This document shows, piece by piece, positions 34,766 through 49,055 of a DNA stretch of 64,000 nucleotides. A program made the position numbers and the translations under genes. Below the pieces are notes generated by a model, which worked only from the letters and a program-made list of their open reading frames with translations, had not been told where the DNA came from and did no database searches. The stretch covers positions 32,001 through 96,000 of the forward strand of contig AE017150.2 of assembly GCA_000002445.1 (NCBI GenBank), in the 5' to 3' direction. Source of the DNA: Trypanosoma brucei. Taxonomy: Eukaryota. The stretch's first letter is position 1. Each line of letters opens with the position of its first letter.

Positions 34766-37135
34766 TCAGGCAGCGGGGCCACCAGCAATAGCGTTTGGTT
34801 CATCCTGGGTGATCTCCTTAACAATATTCCCTTCCATCTTCACTTGAAACTGGTTGATTTTATTCCACAACTCTGTAGTATGATCGCCTCTGCCCCCAAC
34901 TGGTTCGCACTTCTGCCTCTCCTCGATTGGCTTGCTGTCACTGTACTGTATGTAAATCAGCTCCCATTTCAAGTTTCTTGCGAGCTTATCCCATTCACCA
35001 AACAATTGTTTCATTGCCTTGATAAACTTATCTACCTTCTCTCGTGTCGTGTGATGCGTTGGTGCCACTGTCGCCTGGAGCAGAACAATTGTTGTTGTAA
35101 TGATCGCTCTTCCTTCTCTATCAACAGCTGGCTCAGTTACAAAGAAAAAGGCGTCCACAACGGGGAAATTTCCCTGTACAGGTCGGTAGAAGCACCCAAC
35201 CTCAATGTCTTGGCCTGTCGTTTCGGGGTTAAACTGACGAAGTGAAGTTGGAACACGTCCCACGGCATTACCACTTGCCAGAACGGATACATTTGAATCC
35301 ATTTCTTCTCCAACGCGAGGGAGATACCGCAGGTGCGTCACAATCGTCTGCACAACATTTCCCATCGTGAAGGCATATACGCCCACATTTTCAAATTCAT
35401 CAGCGGCCCGCTCTTCTTTCCCACGAAAAACCTTTCGAAGGTAATTGTCTCGCATACATGCTGTGTTCGCCCACACTCTCAATTTCTGCTCAATATCAAT
35501 GGAAACAGCTCTGTTTCTGCATTCTTCTCCATTCTCAGTTACAACCCGGACCAACTTAGCTAACATGTAAGTAGTCCCGTCCTGGCGCCATTGAACTCGA
35601 CTATTCAGCACCTTCATGTAGTGACTATCATCGCCTCTACTGATTTCTGCCAGTGCCTCATTTATTTCTCTAACGCGGCCCTTGTAGCGTTTTTCACCTT
35701 CCAGTACTTGGCGGGCCAGTGGGCCCACCTTCTTAATCCATCCCAATGTTTTCTGCCATTCATTCTCAAGGTTTATGATGTGAGCTTCGGTGATTTTACT
35801 TTCCTCCAACTTCGACAGCCGCCTCCACGCAACCGCAGCCTTCAGTTCCACCTCTTCATAGCAATTGATGCAAAGGAACTCGCAACCCCGTGGTTCCTTC
35901 CAGTCTTTGTAGTTATTTGGATCTGGAGATGTCAACACAATTACGGGCCACGCTCCCGGCAAGTCTGCGGGTATGGGTTGGTGCCTGTCTTTCCAAAAGT
36001 CGTATATAATGTAACCAAGAACTTTTTCAACAACGAAGGCCTCAACAGCATCCAATCCATCTTTTTCTTTTTCATAGAATACAACCTTTCCCGGATGATC
36101 GTTTGTCGCCCTGAAGAAAATATATGCCCTACCCTTCACAAAATAAGCGATATTCCGCAACAGCTCCGAATCGTAATGCAGCAACCTTTGAAGCAGAAAC
36201 GAGCCAACACCAAATGATTTCCCAATACCTGGAGTGCCAACGAGGACGCAAGGAATCTGTTTTTTATTCACGCCTGGCCCTAACCACAAATCCAGCCTGT
36301 GCTTCACGAGATACCACACTCTCATTACCTCTCGACGAATGTACACATCCCCGTCAAACACGTAGTCTCCTGGTTCTTCCGCTTCCTCTTGAATTGCATG
36401 TTCCGGAGTGCTGAAAGAGTTATACGGCCAACCCTCCTGCGAGGTGAGCACAGCAATCTCTAAATTACCGTGACGAGGCAGTGGGTCGCACAAGTCATAA
36501 GGCGTGTGACTGACATTCACCTCCTCTTCTGTCCACAACTCGGGCTCGCCGTCACTATTACCCACCACCTTCATGCCAAGAGGTAAATCATTGTGACCCG
36601 ACTCCACATAACCCCATGTCGCATTGTATATGGATTCATATACTCCTTTCAGTTCGACACCATCAGCTGTTTGGTGAGCTCTTTTCCTTGCTTCTTTGGC
36701 AATGCGCAGTGCACTGTCCAACTTTGTCGCTGCCACGGGACCAACAAATTCCCTTATTTGCGCTGTTGCATTTTCTTCCCATTGGTGAATGTCTTCAATC
36801 CTATTACGAGGCAGATAAATAACTGCCCTCAGTAATTGAAACTCATCAAGCCGCTGTATCCTTCCTAGAAACTTGGCATTCACAATATAATCCTCCGGGC
36901 TCTGAACAAAGACACCCACTGACACATTAGAAGTGCCGAGGGTTTCACCGAAGTGATGATTCAAAAGGTCATGCAATTTCATATCCCTCAAACCCGCAAA
37001 GCGTTGAAGCAATACATCTTCAATAGAACTATTCATCGTCCATGTTGGTCCCTCTTCATCCCCGCGCAGTCTCTTGAGAAAACGCCTTGCCGCATGTAAG
37101 CCATCAGTATAGAAACGCCGCATTGAATTCCACAT
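34766..37135 (-). CDS. RHS-like P-loop NTPase, subfamily A, copy A3 (789 aa from MWNS). The ORF-track version to 37222 adds a 29-aa upstream extension that is not conserved in A2.
   Basis: Near-identical to A1 apart from a few substitutions. It belongs to the 13.8 kb segmental duplication. Confidence 0.8.
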   Translation of the reverse strand: MWNSMRRFYTDGLHAARRFLKRLRGDEEGPTWTMNSSIEDVLLQRFAGLRDMKLHDLLNHHFGETLGTSNVSVGVFVQSPEDYIVNAKFLGRIQRLDEFQLLRAVIYLPRNRIEDIHQWEENATAQIREFVGPVAATKLDSALRIAKEARKRAHQTADGVELKGVYESIYNATWGYVESGHNDLPLGMKVVGNSDGEPELWTEEEVNVSHTPYDLCDPLPRHGNLEIAVLTSQEGWPYNSFSTPEHAIQEEAEEPGDYVFDGDVYIRREVMRVWYLVKHRLDLWLGPGVNKKQIPCVLVGTPGIGKSFGVGSFLLQRLLHYDSELLRNIAYFVKGRAYIFFRATNDHPGKVVFYEKEKDGLDAVEAFVVEKVLGYIIYDFWKDRHQPIPADLPGAWPVIVLTSPDPNNYKDWKEPRGCEFLCINCYEEVELKAAVAWRRLSKLEESKITEAHIINLENEWQKTLGWIKKVGPLARQVLEGEKRYKGRVREINEALAEISRGDDSHYMKVLNSRVQWRQDGTTYMLAKLVRVVTENGEECRNRAVSIDIEQKLRVWANTACMRDNYLRKVFRGKEERAADEFENVGVYAFTMGNVVQTIVTHLRYLPRVGEEMDSNVSVLASGNAVGRVPTSLRQFNPETTGQDIEVGCFYRPVQGNFPVVDAFFFVTEPAVDREGRAIITTTIVLLQATVAPTHHTTREKVDKFIKAMKQLFGEWDKLARNLKWELIYIQYSDSKPIEERQKCEPVGGRGDHTTELWNKINQFQVKMEGNIVKEITQDEPNAIAGGPAA

Positions 37136-37222
37136 TGCTAATGCCCTATTGTCTCGTTGTCTAGCAACTGCAAAATTAAAGTAACGTATGAGGAAAATAA
37201 TAGTGTGTGAACAGTGTAACAT

Positions 37223-39303
37223 AATATCAAATGTAATAGAGCAAGATAATGTTTATTCACTATAGTTTGTATAATATGATATCATAATGTATTTGGTATT
37301 GAGAGGAACAATTTCAAAATATAGCAGCTGTAAATAAATATTTCCCTTGCTTCATCATCATGTTCTAAAAATAATTAATTTCCTGCATCATTCTTTCTAA
37401 ACCATATATAATATGGAAACAAAAAATATTACTGCCTCATATACATGCATCAACACTACGTATATATAATCAATATTTAAAGAGAGTCAAATTCTATCAA
37501 TTAAAATCAAGTAAAACAAAAAACAAAAAAATTTATGGATATTAATGAAGCGAAGAAAAAGAGTATCGGCACAACACATAGATATATACACACATGAATA
37601 CACACCACACAATTGCTTCTTTATACATCCTCCCCATTTTTACAATTCATAATATTCACTTGCATTGAATAAACTCATTGAAAATATAAATCACCTATCC
37701 CCTCCCCCGTGTATTCACTTACTTCCAAAGGAGAATATTAAATAATGTCTGTAGGACAGGTAAAAAAAAAAAACTGATAGTCTTTTTGCATCAGATAACC
37801 AGAGAGTATTTCTGTTTACTTTCATAATAAACAAAAACATTCTTTCACCTTCAGTTAAAATAAAATTGATTTACTTGCCTCCTTACTGTTCACAACCATC
37901 AACAACTAATTCAGCCCCACATATTCACATGTATTTTATGTGCCATCGTTGTTTGATTCATTCACACATCTTCCATGATGGTGATGATACAACATATGAA
38001 AAATTATTGAAATACAATTAATACAATTATTTGAGGAACCCATGAAAGACTATCATAACATATCTTTTATTTTCCCTCCTTTCATTTACAAAAATTAAAT
38101 ATGTAATGAGACAATTCCCTTTCAGTACGTGTCCACACTTATTGTATCATCATTGTAAGTTTCCTATTGCTCACATACACAGAGCTATTGGAACAACAAA
38201 AACATAAAACAACACATCTAAACAACTTGATAAAATATATAATAAATAAATAAAGGTAATAAAGAGAATGAGCGTGAACAGACAGATAATAAAATGAAAC
38301 ACGTCTCGTACTTTCCTTATAAATATTCAATAGTTGGCGGATTACAAATAAAAACAATTACACATTATAGAAAGGAAAGGATATAATTACATTATACACC
38401 TGCATGTGGATATGTAACAGTGAGTCATAGTAGAAATAAATTGTCTAAACACAATAGTTATGGAAGATAAAATAATTCAAAATATCAATAATATTATTCT
38501 ATCAACATTCCCTTCCTTCTCCATTAAGTTTTCAATGGATTTAAATAATAATTCACATAATCCCATACATATGTTATGACGGGTATTGCATGCAGTACAA
38601 TTTAAAGGAAGTGAAACTCATATAACATTTTCAAAAAAAAAAGGCATTGAATGGTTGTTTGCTACCATCAATTACATTTCCAATGCCTAATTACACTTTT
38701 GTATGCATGAAGGAAGTTACTGATGATAACTTTGACATGCTCGAGAATCCATAACACAAAGCGACTGCTGCATGCAATAAAAAATAAAAATATAAATAAC
38801 ATCCGAATTCATTTACTGACAGATGAGTGCAATTCATTCATCCAAACTTCATAGCTGTAAACATAAACTCGTTGCTGCCAATAGGAAATAATCCCGCATA
38901 AATATTGAGTATCTGAAAATGATAGCAACGGGTTTCCATTTTTGAAATATATACATAAAATACATGAGGTATATGAAGTCATATTGGTAAAGTGTCACTA
39001 CGCATGTTGCAATTTACTATCAAAAGTGTATGCCTTATTTTATTTCTTGTGTTACTGTAACTCATGAGTATTATTCATTATTCTTTACAATACAACTGTA
39101 AGTCATTTTGCATTTTTACATATTTCCTTATTCTCTCATGCTGGAAGTATTCCACATATGAGATTCCTCAATATCGTTCACAAATAAAAATAATTTTATT
39201 TACTTCTGCATTCAGTTTCTTGTGCAGCAGTGTGTGTACTAATCATCCATAAAGTTTTTAATTTGCCAAATACATCATTACGAAACTATTTTCATACACA
39301 TGC
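37223..39303. repeat. Spacer module U, copy 5.
   Basis: Direct comparison. Near-identical to copy 2. Confidence 0.8.
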
Positions 39304-42300
39304 ACAAACAAACCGTTGGGACAATATCTTTGAGGAATTTCCTTCACTATATTTGCAGTTCAGTAGTAATTAAAATACACTTTTTGTATAATTCAACACA
39401 TGGTGGAATTGCAAAGAAATGTGATGGTACTTATAATCAATAAGTTCCCAATTTTCCTCACATGGTCTCTTTTCATGCCTTTCCACACATATATAATTCA
39501 CAGAGAATTACTGCAATATCCTTCATATGCTTTCAGGATTCCATATGTCACAATACAAATAATATACATTTACACATATATATAATTTGGACAGCATATT
39601 GCTTAACATATAAATTATCACAAACCTATGATATTACACTCCTCCTAAGAATAATAGAATCAAATCATTTCTATTTTGCATCATTACATGAAGCTTTGGA
39701 AAAGAAAAAAAAAGAATCAAACAAAAGGTAATGTAAAGAACACAGTTTCATAATACAGATTATAACTTGTTTGTGAATTTCAGATGCAAACACAAAATGT
39801 TCAAACAGTAAAACAGTAAAGGATAGTACTGGTGATGTAAGCACAAATTAATCAAAAATAGAAACATAAATAAAATTGAAACTTATAAAAACACAAATAT
39901 ATATGATACAAATATTTACCACATATTATAATTCGCCACCCTCACACTTGAATTAGAAAGAGTACATAACACACATATGTGGTAAAACTAATACAACTCG
40001 AGTATACGTATGTGCCATCTTCATAACATAATCATTCTAATATTTACTCAGTATGTGTGTCTGTGTGTGTGTCTGTGTGTGTAGAAATGATGAAATGTAA
40101 TTGTAACAAATCAGGCACAACACAAACAAAATATATGAATTATATTATTCTCTAAAAAGTAGAAGAATAAAAATCAAGAAATATTACGCAGCTTTTCTCA
40201 CAAGTAATTTTGTTTCTGTATATATATATATACATATATAACACGACAGCTGACAACATTAAACTCTCAATTCCATAATATCTGACACCTGAAGTGATAA
40301 TTAGCAGCGGATGCCTTTAACAAAAAACAACAGAAATAACAACATCAAAGCATGTTTTGAAAGCTTAAATAAACTTCCTCATGGATAAACCATTTGTACG
40401 AAGTTTGAGTGCCAAGTTGGAGGAACAAAGAAAAAATAAAAAAAGAAGAATTAAATGGTAAAACAATTGCGTGTGATATAACTAAAGGATTTGTTAGGCA
40501 CTACACTCATTAAACTCCAGTTTCATAAAAATACTGCAAGGCATAATATTTACTGCTTTACCGGTTATGTGCCTCCAGCAAGCAATAATAAATACTTCGA
40601 GTATTATTCAATTTCTGATGCTATGAAGTGTGTAATAAATTAGTGCGGGAGCAAAATATTCAAATGTTGGTGTTCACTTCAAATTATAACCTCTGCACTA
40701 TGAATGTCTCTCGATGTTTATAATTTGAGAGAGCAAAAGTGACGGCGCTATTACTTATTTCTTCCAGTTCATGAATACATACACATATTTATACATATAT
40801 AATCAGAGGTGACACGCAAAAGCGTTTAAACATCAGGCATGAACATCTTTCCATTCAAAGTAAGACGATACAATAAGGTAAGTTTAGGATGAAGTGAAGG
40901 TATCATAATGTTAATATCTTCCTTCAAGCGGAGGATTCAATTCAAATAGGCGTACTTCACAAACAATAGTAAAATAACTGAGAAAACTTATATCACTTAA
41001 TCGTTATTTCCTTCAATTCTTATTTTGAATCGCTCTGTACCGTCACACCTTCAATAAAGTATATAGTGACGCATTTCATACATCCTCCCTAAGCCATCTC
41101 TCATAGTCATTAGCTCTCAACAGCAATAATAACAAATAATGAATAGTTTAGTTCTTACCTTCCCTTTTTTACTACCAACAAGAAAGATATACGAAATAAT
41201 TATCATACTGAATAAACAGTAGGCGTTCCTCATTATCCTACACAAAATATGAATTGAAACGATAATTTACTAACGGAGCGGAAGTGTCTGAAAGCGTCTT
41301 TAACTCGTCTCCTGTGCGGGGCGAAGAGGGTTGTGTTGTGTGGGCTTTCTAAAAATTTCACTCTCTTGCAGACAGCTGTGTAAATAAACGGGGAGTACAG
41401 GTGTGTTTAGAGAAAGATAACCGTACAAAATAATACTCTGCACTCCTATGACCAAAACAACCATTCGTAATGCAGGTTTTCAAAATACACGATATCATCT
41501 CAACAAATTGTAATTTTTTTTTGCATAATGTCCTCCAGAAGACAGAACAACAGATGACACAGTTAAATAACACATGACAAACAAGGAATATAACCGCACA
41601 TCCTCAGCAGTAAATGTTTCAGTTTCTCCTTTAAAAAAAAAAAAGAAAAATAAAACAGTTTCACACGTGTGGTCCAAAAGCTGCATCAGCCAATACAATA
41701 TCTTGACAGCTTGTCACGCAGTCTTGCCTCAAGAAGAAAATAAATCATTCATCTCTGCTTTCCTTAGTTGATAAATGAGATCCCATGCTGTGTTAACTCC
41801 CGTCTCCATTCAAAAAGTTGACTCAACGTTATGACGAGGCAGTGACCAAAAACAATCCAAATGCAATTCTAAATTTCTTCATATTACGTTTTCAGTTTTA
41901 TTACACATTTCCCCAACCATTCCAAGTACTAACAGGAATAATTTGGTTCTATAATAATGCATGTGTTTTCTACAGCTCTTTCATTTTGTTATGATCCGCA
42001 CAAAAATTATATATGTGGTTGTTGATTCGTCCTGTCAATCAAAGTAACAATCATAATAATTAATTTTCCCCTTTTCTTCATTTTTTCTATTAGCACATGT
42101 GCACCTTGGTGAGATCACTTTCACTCATTTGCACTGATTGGTCAACACTATTTAGTTCGTTATTCAACACACTCCCTTACATGTCCTCCTCTCACCATTT
42201 ATAACCCACACGAGCAGCATCAAATATAAATTGTGAAGAGGTATGAGATCACAAGGAGCTCGCTCTCATTGAGAAGGTTGGATGCGTCATATATATATAA

Positions 42301-45150
42301 TCATGTAATCCCTTTCCATTTCAACAATACGCAAACCTCAACTGCGGAATCGACTTTGAATGAGTTGACCTCGTCAGCATGAAACGGGGCCCGCCAAGTG
42401 GCATGAACATTAATCTTATCAGTAAACATGTGTTTGAGGTGTTGGTAATAAATGGGGTCAAAGAAAACATAAGTGCGTATCATCTTCCCCGTTATGCCCG
42501 AGTGGAAAATATACATCATCTCCGTGAAGATAATTGTATCCATGTTGTATCAATTCCTCATCCAGCTCTTCATCCTTATCAGTACCCAAACGAAGTGCCA
42601 TCGCCTAACTTTTTCCGTGAATGCACTCACACCTTTGAGCTAACGAGTTCCAGCAACTTTGCAACTGTCATACGGCTCGGGAATCCATGAGAATTTATGA
42701 TCATATCTGTGCAAATGCCTTTACTCATTGAAGGGCATGTTAACACACCATCAGTCATGAGATCCACTACTCCCTCCAGCCAGCGCCGTGAGGAAAACTT
42801 ATTTCAGACCTCGGGACCGCGAACTTCTCTCGTAGTAACTTTAACTTTATTGTTCTACATCCATTGATATATCCGAGTCACTGGAAGGTGAGAGATGAAC
42901 ACATTTGGTCCACAACAGCAGGCTGAGGGTATTTATTATATTCAAGAAAATTAGGTCTTGGTTCCTTGAAAGGCACGGGAGTGTATTTGTTTACAAAAAT
43001 ATCAAACTGACAAACAGCCGCACCTTTACTACTGGCAATACCATCACTACTAAAGGCATTGTGTCTCGCAACATTCCAATCTGTTGGAAGAATTATATCA
43101 TACATACTCACCGTTGGGAAGTCTTTCCAGTTCCATCTCATGCTTACAAAAAACAACATAGCACCCATAGCCACAATTGAGCGAACTGCGGTTGTGTACA
43201 CCTTTGCGTCTTCAATATTGTAACCTCTATAGCTCATAATGCATACCATCGTATTAATTCCTGCACCTAATATTTCGTAGTTGCTTAGGTTCATAGCCTT
43301 CGTCCGGCAAAGGGACAGTTGAGAGTAAGCACTCAACATAAGTACTGTGTCCATTTCTAATGTACTGAATATACGCAATGGTTCCAACAGCTTGCTTGCC
43401 CATGGCTGACTGTAATGTGTTTCGTGCAAATTGATTGTGATGTGGAAAGGAAAATAATGCTAGCGACAACTCCAAGTGAGCCTCGTGTACTGCTCAATGT
43501 CTTTGTGGTGAACTGCTATAAGAGAGTCATTCGCTTCGTCATATAAGTCAATGAATTCCACAACAAGCCCTCAACTAAAATATCGTTAATCGATCACTTG
43601 CTTGAACTCAAGTTATCCAGATGTTAAGAAATTACAGCGTGTTTCCCATCGCAAACGAAAACATACAACCTCACGATCCTTCCGCCAACACAAACAATTT
43701 GAACACTCTTCTGACGGTCATTTATCGCAATTGAAACGTAAGGATGCAAGCGGCCTGTGTTCCTCAGGGTTCGTAATACATCCCGACACAAACGGCTCAT
43801 GTATCGATAAACGCACATCAGCACTTCATTGAGGAAAACTGTGTAGTATTTAAGAAATTCGTTAAGACTGATATAATCTATTTCCTCCACTCCAATATTG
43901 TACGCATCCGCGTGTAAACAAACAAATTATCCATGTCTAGTGTTACCTGACTAAGAATGGCAAAATTATTAACCAAACAGCAACAACTTTCACCCTCTGG
44001 GGTATCGCAAGGAGGGATATACACCATTCCCCATTGACTTGAATAGAGAAATAATGATCCGCACATGTGGGTCAATAGACGAGGCCATGGTCACTCCACT
44101 GCTGCCGTTACATATGATCACTGCATGGTTTTTATATCAATGTTGATGATGATGTGGGATTTGCTGCTGGAGGCAACCAACAACATAAGTTTAAGGTTGC
44201 CACGTGTGAAGAGAGGCCCAACTGCCAACCCTCAACCAGGATAACAGAAGTGATTATAAGGAAAGAGAAGACAACATATCATAGTATGTTTACCCACCGA
44301 CAAATAACTGAAGAAAGAGAGAGAGAGAGAAAGAGAGGAAAATAGAAACAATCACGTCACCAGCTGCGTGTCTGCGAAGAACACCATCAAGAGCTGCTCC
44401 ATAACTGCAACCATAACTAACATGTATAATATAATTATAACAGCTCGTATATGAAACAGCACATCCAGTAACTGCTTCTAATGTTTGCATATTTCACTCC
44501 GTCACAATCTCTCTCCCATGACACCTACTGGAAACACAACTCAGAGGAGTTATAGTTGAGGCATGTTTCCAATACGCCCTCTCCACCACGGATGGCAAAG
44601 AAGCAAAAAGTACTATTACATTTTTGTTCCTTTTATCATTGGCCTATAGATCCTTATCTCTACACGGATGTAAAATTTAGATTGTATAAATGAAAAGAAG
44701 ATGTGAAAAGTTAGTGTAGTATAATCCAATTCTTTAGTTAGTAACAGCACAAATGAAAACAAAACGTTACAATGTTTTCCTACGTCCGTCGATAACATTA
44801 TTTCTGTCTTTCTCTGTGCCCCTTAAGATTACGATGTGGCTTAACTCCAGTTACGCGTTAGCCGATAAAATACTACTTTTGCTATTCCTTAGTCGTCTTC
44901 ATTTCCACTTCCCTTCCCTCACCTCCGGCACTCAAGTGAATTATCACGTCCCTTTCCTTGCAGCAGCTGAGGAAGCTCATTACTGGTGGACAAACAACAC
45001 ACTTGGAAAGGCGCAACGGGGCACTTCAAGTTGTGATCATAAACCAAACCAGGCACAAAAACGAACCCGCTCCCCCTAATGGTTGGTTCCCTCCTCTTTA
45101 AGCATTTGTCACTCTTAACAGCAACGCCGTGCACTGCTACAAAAAAACAA
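39304..45150. repeat. Spacer module L, copy 2.
   Basis: Direct comparison. Offset ~+30970 relative to copy 1. Confidence 0.8.
42214..44798 (-). pseudogene. Second copy of the RNA polymerase second-largest-subunit pseudogene, inside L module copy 2.
   Basis: Same fragment set at a +30984 offset: 42301..42543, 42878..43429, 43254..43475, 43624..43890, 43878..44075, 44616..44798. Confidence 0.7.
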
Positions 45151-47724
45151 TTACGCGTCTTCACCTCCTTCCACGTCGTCCATTGCTACGTCACCTCGCC
45201 CCTCCACAACCTCTTCACGAGCGCGCCGCCTTCCCGCCAGTCCGATCAATGCCGGTGCATCTCGCATGCCAGATTCTCGGCGATATGCCCGAATTAATTC
45301 CGCTTGCATCGTTTCCTTGAGTGTCACTTGGAATTGGTCGATGGATTCCCAAAATGTTTGTGGTCCCAGAGGACCTCCGTCCTCACCTTGATCTCTATCG
45401 GGAGGTCCTTCGCAAAGTTGCCTGATGGTTATCGTGCCACCGTTAACCGAATTAATGTATATCATCTCCCAAACCATGTTGCGGGAAAACGCACCCCAAT
45501 CAGAAAAATATCTTTCCATGTTTTTTCGGAACTTCTGCACCTTATCCGTAGTGGTGGGGTGCCTCTCCGACTTGGTTACTTGTAAAAGCACAGCTATATT
45601 TGGAGTGGTCGGTGGCGCTGCTCCGTCACGGTTTCTCCTGAACCGCCCCTCAACGAAAAAAAAGCCATCCACCACGGGTTCATTGCCTGTGGCAGGGAGG
45701 TAGAGAACCATGTATTCACAATTATCAATTGGTTGCTGTCTGGCCGCAGGTAAGGCCTTCTGCCCAATGAGTCTCAACTGCTGAGGAGCCATGTCGTTCA
45801 GTATGTTTCGACGGTCAGCTATTTCTCTGCCTCGTCGCAGGTATTTCAAGTTGTCTGCGATAACTTTAAAAACTCGAGGGAAAAGAAGCGAAAGCAACGC
45901 AAGCCTTTCAAAAGCGTTGGCCCCAACACACTCGTCTGATAATGTAATCTCCTTTGACGTCATCTCCACAATAAGAATGCCAAATAATGTGCAAATCAAC
46001 ATATTCCAAATGTTGACAGAAAGCGATCTGCAACGATATGAATCGACATTGACAGTCCCAGAGCTTACCCGCACTATCTTCACCAATTTGTGCGTTACCT
46101 TATCATTTTGCCAGCCCTTAGATTTACTAATAATCTTATCATATTTCTTTCCGTTATCGCTATCGAGCTGCCTAGCTTCTTTACGCACACTTTCCAGTCG
46201 TGCGTCATAGTCAGAGACTGAGAAAACAAAACGAGGCAGTGGACCAACCATGTCAATGCGCTCTTCCACAATTTTCCACTCGCTTTCAAGGTCCTCCATT
46301 AACTGCTGCTTCGTCTTGTCGCGCGGCACCTCCTCCGAAAGCACACACAGCTTTTTCCATGCCACAAATGCCTTCATGTCACGCACATCATCACAGTTTA
46401 TAATAATTTGGCGGTCTCCCGTGTCCTTTGCCCACTCCTCGTAATGTGCCGTATCCGGGGAAGTAAGGACAGTTACACCCCAACTCAAATGGCGCAGCTC
46501 ACCAGGCGGTTTAAGTAGGTCGTTACCGATGTCAACAATGATGTGACCTCTTTTATTTTCTAACGCATCCATAGCCGTAATAGCATTCTTTGAGACCACA
46601 TACTTTTCAACCCTCCCCTCTTCTCCGGGTTTCTTGTTATATATTAAGAAAGCGATTTCTCCCACGAAATATGCAACAACATCAAGCATTCCATCATTGA
46701 AGTGAAGCAATGAATGAAGCAAAAATGATCCAACTCCATACGACTTTCCAATACCAGGTGTACCAATAACAATATGTATCGGTGTTCTCTGAGCTGTCTT
46801 TTCCACCCACCATGCTTGTAACCCTCGTTGGATTATATACCACACGCGCATAATTTCACGACGGATGTATACATGTTTAAAATTGTTCTTGCGTATATTA
46901 ACGTCCCTCGATGCAAACCTGTTGTATGGCCAACCCTTCTCCGAAGTGAGAACAAAAATCTCCAAACCATAAGGTCTCTCCGGCACTCGTGCATCAACAT
47001 TCGCAGGAAGAGGAGTTATATCCACCTCCTCCTTCGTCCACATGTGCGGCGGTCTGCCATCGAACACTTTCATGCCAAGTGGCTCTTCATCATAACCCGA
47101 CATTACATAACTCCATTTTGCATTATAAATGGAATCATACACTCCTTTAATTTCGACAGCACTAGCAGCTGTTTGGGCAGCCCGTTCCAATGCTACATTG
47201 AGTGCATTATTCAGTAGCGCATTGACAACAATCCAAAGCCGCTCTCCATCTCTCAGTCCACGAATATTCACCTGTAACCCGGCCTTTACTACCTCATCTG
47301 CTTGTTGCCACTGCTGAAGATCCAATATTCCCTCATCCTCAAAGAAACCATAGACGCTGACAAAACGTTTGTACACTTTATACTCTGCCGTCGCGAATAT
47401 TAGATTGAGCGCATTAACGTCATTAATATACTCTTCAGGTTCCAGTACGAACACAAACATTGATACATTATTTTCTTCATTCACATTATATCTTCTGCCA
47501 AAATTACGCCTCAAAAAATCATTTACACTCACATTTTCAGGATGGACCCGACCTTCCAGCAAAACTGCGTCAACGCGGCTGAAAAGACTCCATTGTGGTT
47601 GGTTGTTATTCTCCACTCGCTGCTGCACTGCTGGAGGTTCCGCATCGTTACGCGCAGCCTCCTCATTTTCTCGTCTCCTTCCCTCAATATCACCCCTTCC
47701 TTCAATAGGAACCTGTTGATTCAT
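45151..47724 (-). CDS. RHS-like P-loop NTPase, subfamily B, copy B2 (857 aa).
   Basis: Full-length ORF, ~90% identical to B1. Same motif set. Confidence 0.8.
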   Translation of the reverse strand: MNQQVPIEGRGDIEGRRRENEEAARNDAEPPAVQQRVENNNQPQWSLFSRVDAVLLEGRVHPENVSVNDFLRRNFGRRYNVNEENNVSMFVFVLEPEEYINDVNALNLIFATAEYKVYKRFVSVYGFFEDEGILDLQQWQQADEVVKAGLQVNIRGLRDGERLWIVVNALLNNALNVALERAAQTAASAVEIKGVYDSIYNAKWSYVMSGYDEEPLGMKVFDGRPPHMWTKEEVDITPLPANVDARVPERPYGLEIFVLTSEKGWPYNRFASRDVNIRKNNFKHVYIRREIMRVWYIIQRGLQAWWVEKTAQRTPIHIVIGTPGIGKSYGVGSFLLHSLLHFNDGMLDVVAYFVGEIAFLIYNKKPGEEGRVEKYVVSKNAITAMDALENKRGHIIVDIGNDLLKPPGELRHLSWGVTVLTSPDTAHYEEWAKDTGDRQIIINCDDVRDMKAFVAWKKLCVLSEEVPRDKTKQQLMEDLESEWKIVEERIDMVGPLPRFVFSVSDYDARLESVRKEARQLDSDNGKKYDKIISKSKGWQNDKVTHKLVKIVRVSSGTVNVDSYRCRSLSVNIWNMLICTLFGILIVEMTSKEITLSDECVGANAFERLALLSLLFPRVFKVIADNLKYLRRGREIADRRNILNDMAPQQLRLIGQKALPAARQQPIDNCEYMVLYLPATGNEPVVDGFFFVEGRFRRNRDGAAPPTTPNIAVLLQVTKSERHPTTTDKVQKFRKNMERYFSDWGAFSRNMVWEMIYINSVNGGTITIRQLCEGPPDRDQGEDGGPLGPQTFWESIDQFQVTLKETMQAELIRAYRRESGMRDAPALIGLAGRRRAREEVVEGRGDVAMDDVEGGEDA

Positions 47725-48291
47725 TTCGCTCTCCTAATAATAATCTTAATTGAGTGTGTTGTGTTATTTCCTTTCTTTGTAACATAAATTTTAAAAAAGG
47801 GATAAAAGATGAGGAAATTTAAAATGGATACGCTTATAAACCAAAGCAAATATACAACCAATAAATATTAGGAATTAATATGGCAGGCGGAAACTATTTA
47901 TTGAAATTAGGATTCAATACAAATCTTATCATGTGTTTAGAACTCACAGCAACTTAAGCACAAATAAGGTATGACAGTATGAAAAAATTTTTCTCTTGGG
48001 AGGAAAAACTCAAACAACAATTTCCATTCAGAACACACAATCATTCCAAAAAAAAATAATATACATATATGTATGTATTGAAAAGCAAAAAAAATAAATG
48101 TGGCATTGCCATGAGAAATAGGAAACAATAGTTTTAGCGATAAATCATGCAAAACGTAGAATACTCGGTTGCATACAGAAAAGTGCCTTACGTACCTTAC
48201 GAAATTTAAAAAAACAAAATACTGAATGTAACGATAAATATAAAACATTATCTTCACACTTCAAACCAGACACGTATTAAGCAAGAGAAAA
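47725..48291. repeat. Module U_B, copy 2.
   Basis: Direct comparison. Confidence 0.8.
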
Positions 48292-49055
48292 TAATTCATA
48301 TAATCTCATACATATGTTATGACGGGTATTGCATGCAGTACCATATAAAGGAAGTGTAACTCATATAACATTTTCAAAAAAAGATATTGAATGGTTGTTT
48401 GCTACCATCAATTACATTTCCAATGCCTGATTACACTTTTATATGCATGAAGGAAGTTACTGATCATAACTTTGACATGCTCGAGAATCCATAACACAAA
48501 GCGACAGCTGCATGCAATTAAAAATAAAACATAAAAACAACATCCGAATTCATTTACTGACAGATGAGTGCGAGTTATTCACCCAAACTTCATAGCTGCA
48601 AACATAAACTCGCCGTTGCCAAAAGGAAATAATCCCGCATAAATATTGAGTATCTGAAAATGATAGCAACGGGTTTCCATTTTTGAAATATATGCATAAA
48701 CTACATGAGGTATATGAAGCCGTATTGGTAAAGTGTCACTACGCATGTTGCAATTTACTATCAGAAGTGTCTTCCTTATTTTATTTCTTTTGTTACTGTA
48801 ACTCATGAGCATCGTTCATTATTCTTTACAATACAACTGTAAGTCATTTTGCATTTTTACATATTTCCTTATTCCCTCATACTGGAAGTATTCCACATAT
48901 AATATTCCTCAATATCGTTCACAAAATAAAAATAATTTCATTTTCTTCTGCATTCAGTTGCTCGTGTAGCAGTGTGCACACTAATCATCCATAAAGTTTT
49001 TAATTTGCCAAATACATCATTACGAAACTATTTTCCACAAATAAACAAACAAACA
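48292..49055. repeat. Partial U module (distal part only).
   Basis: Same as 17306-18055. Confidence 0.7.
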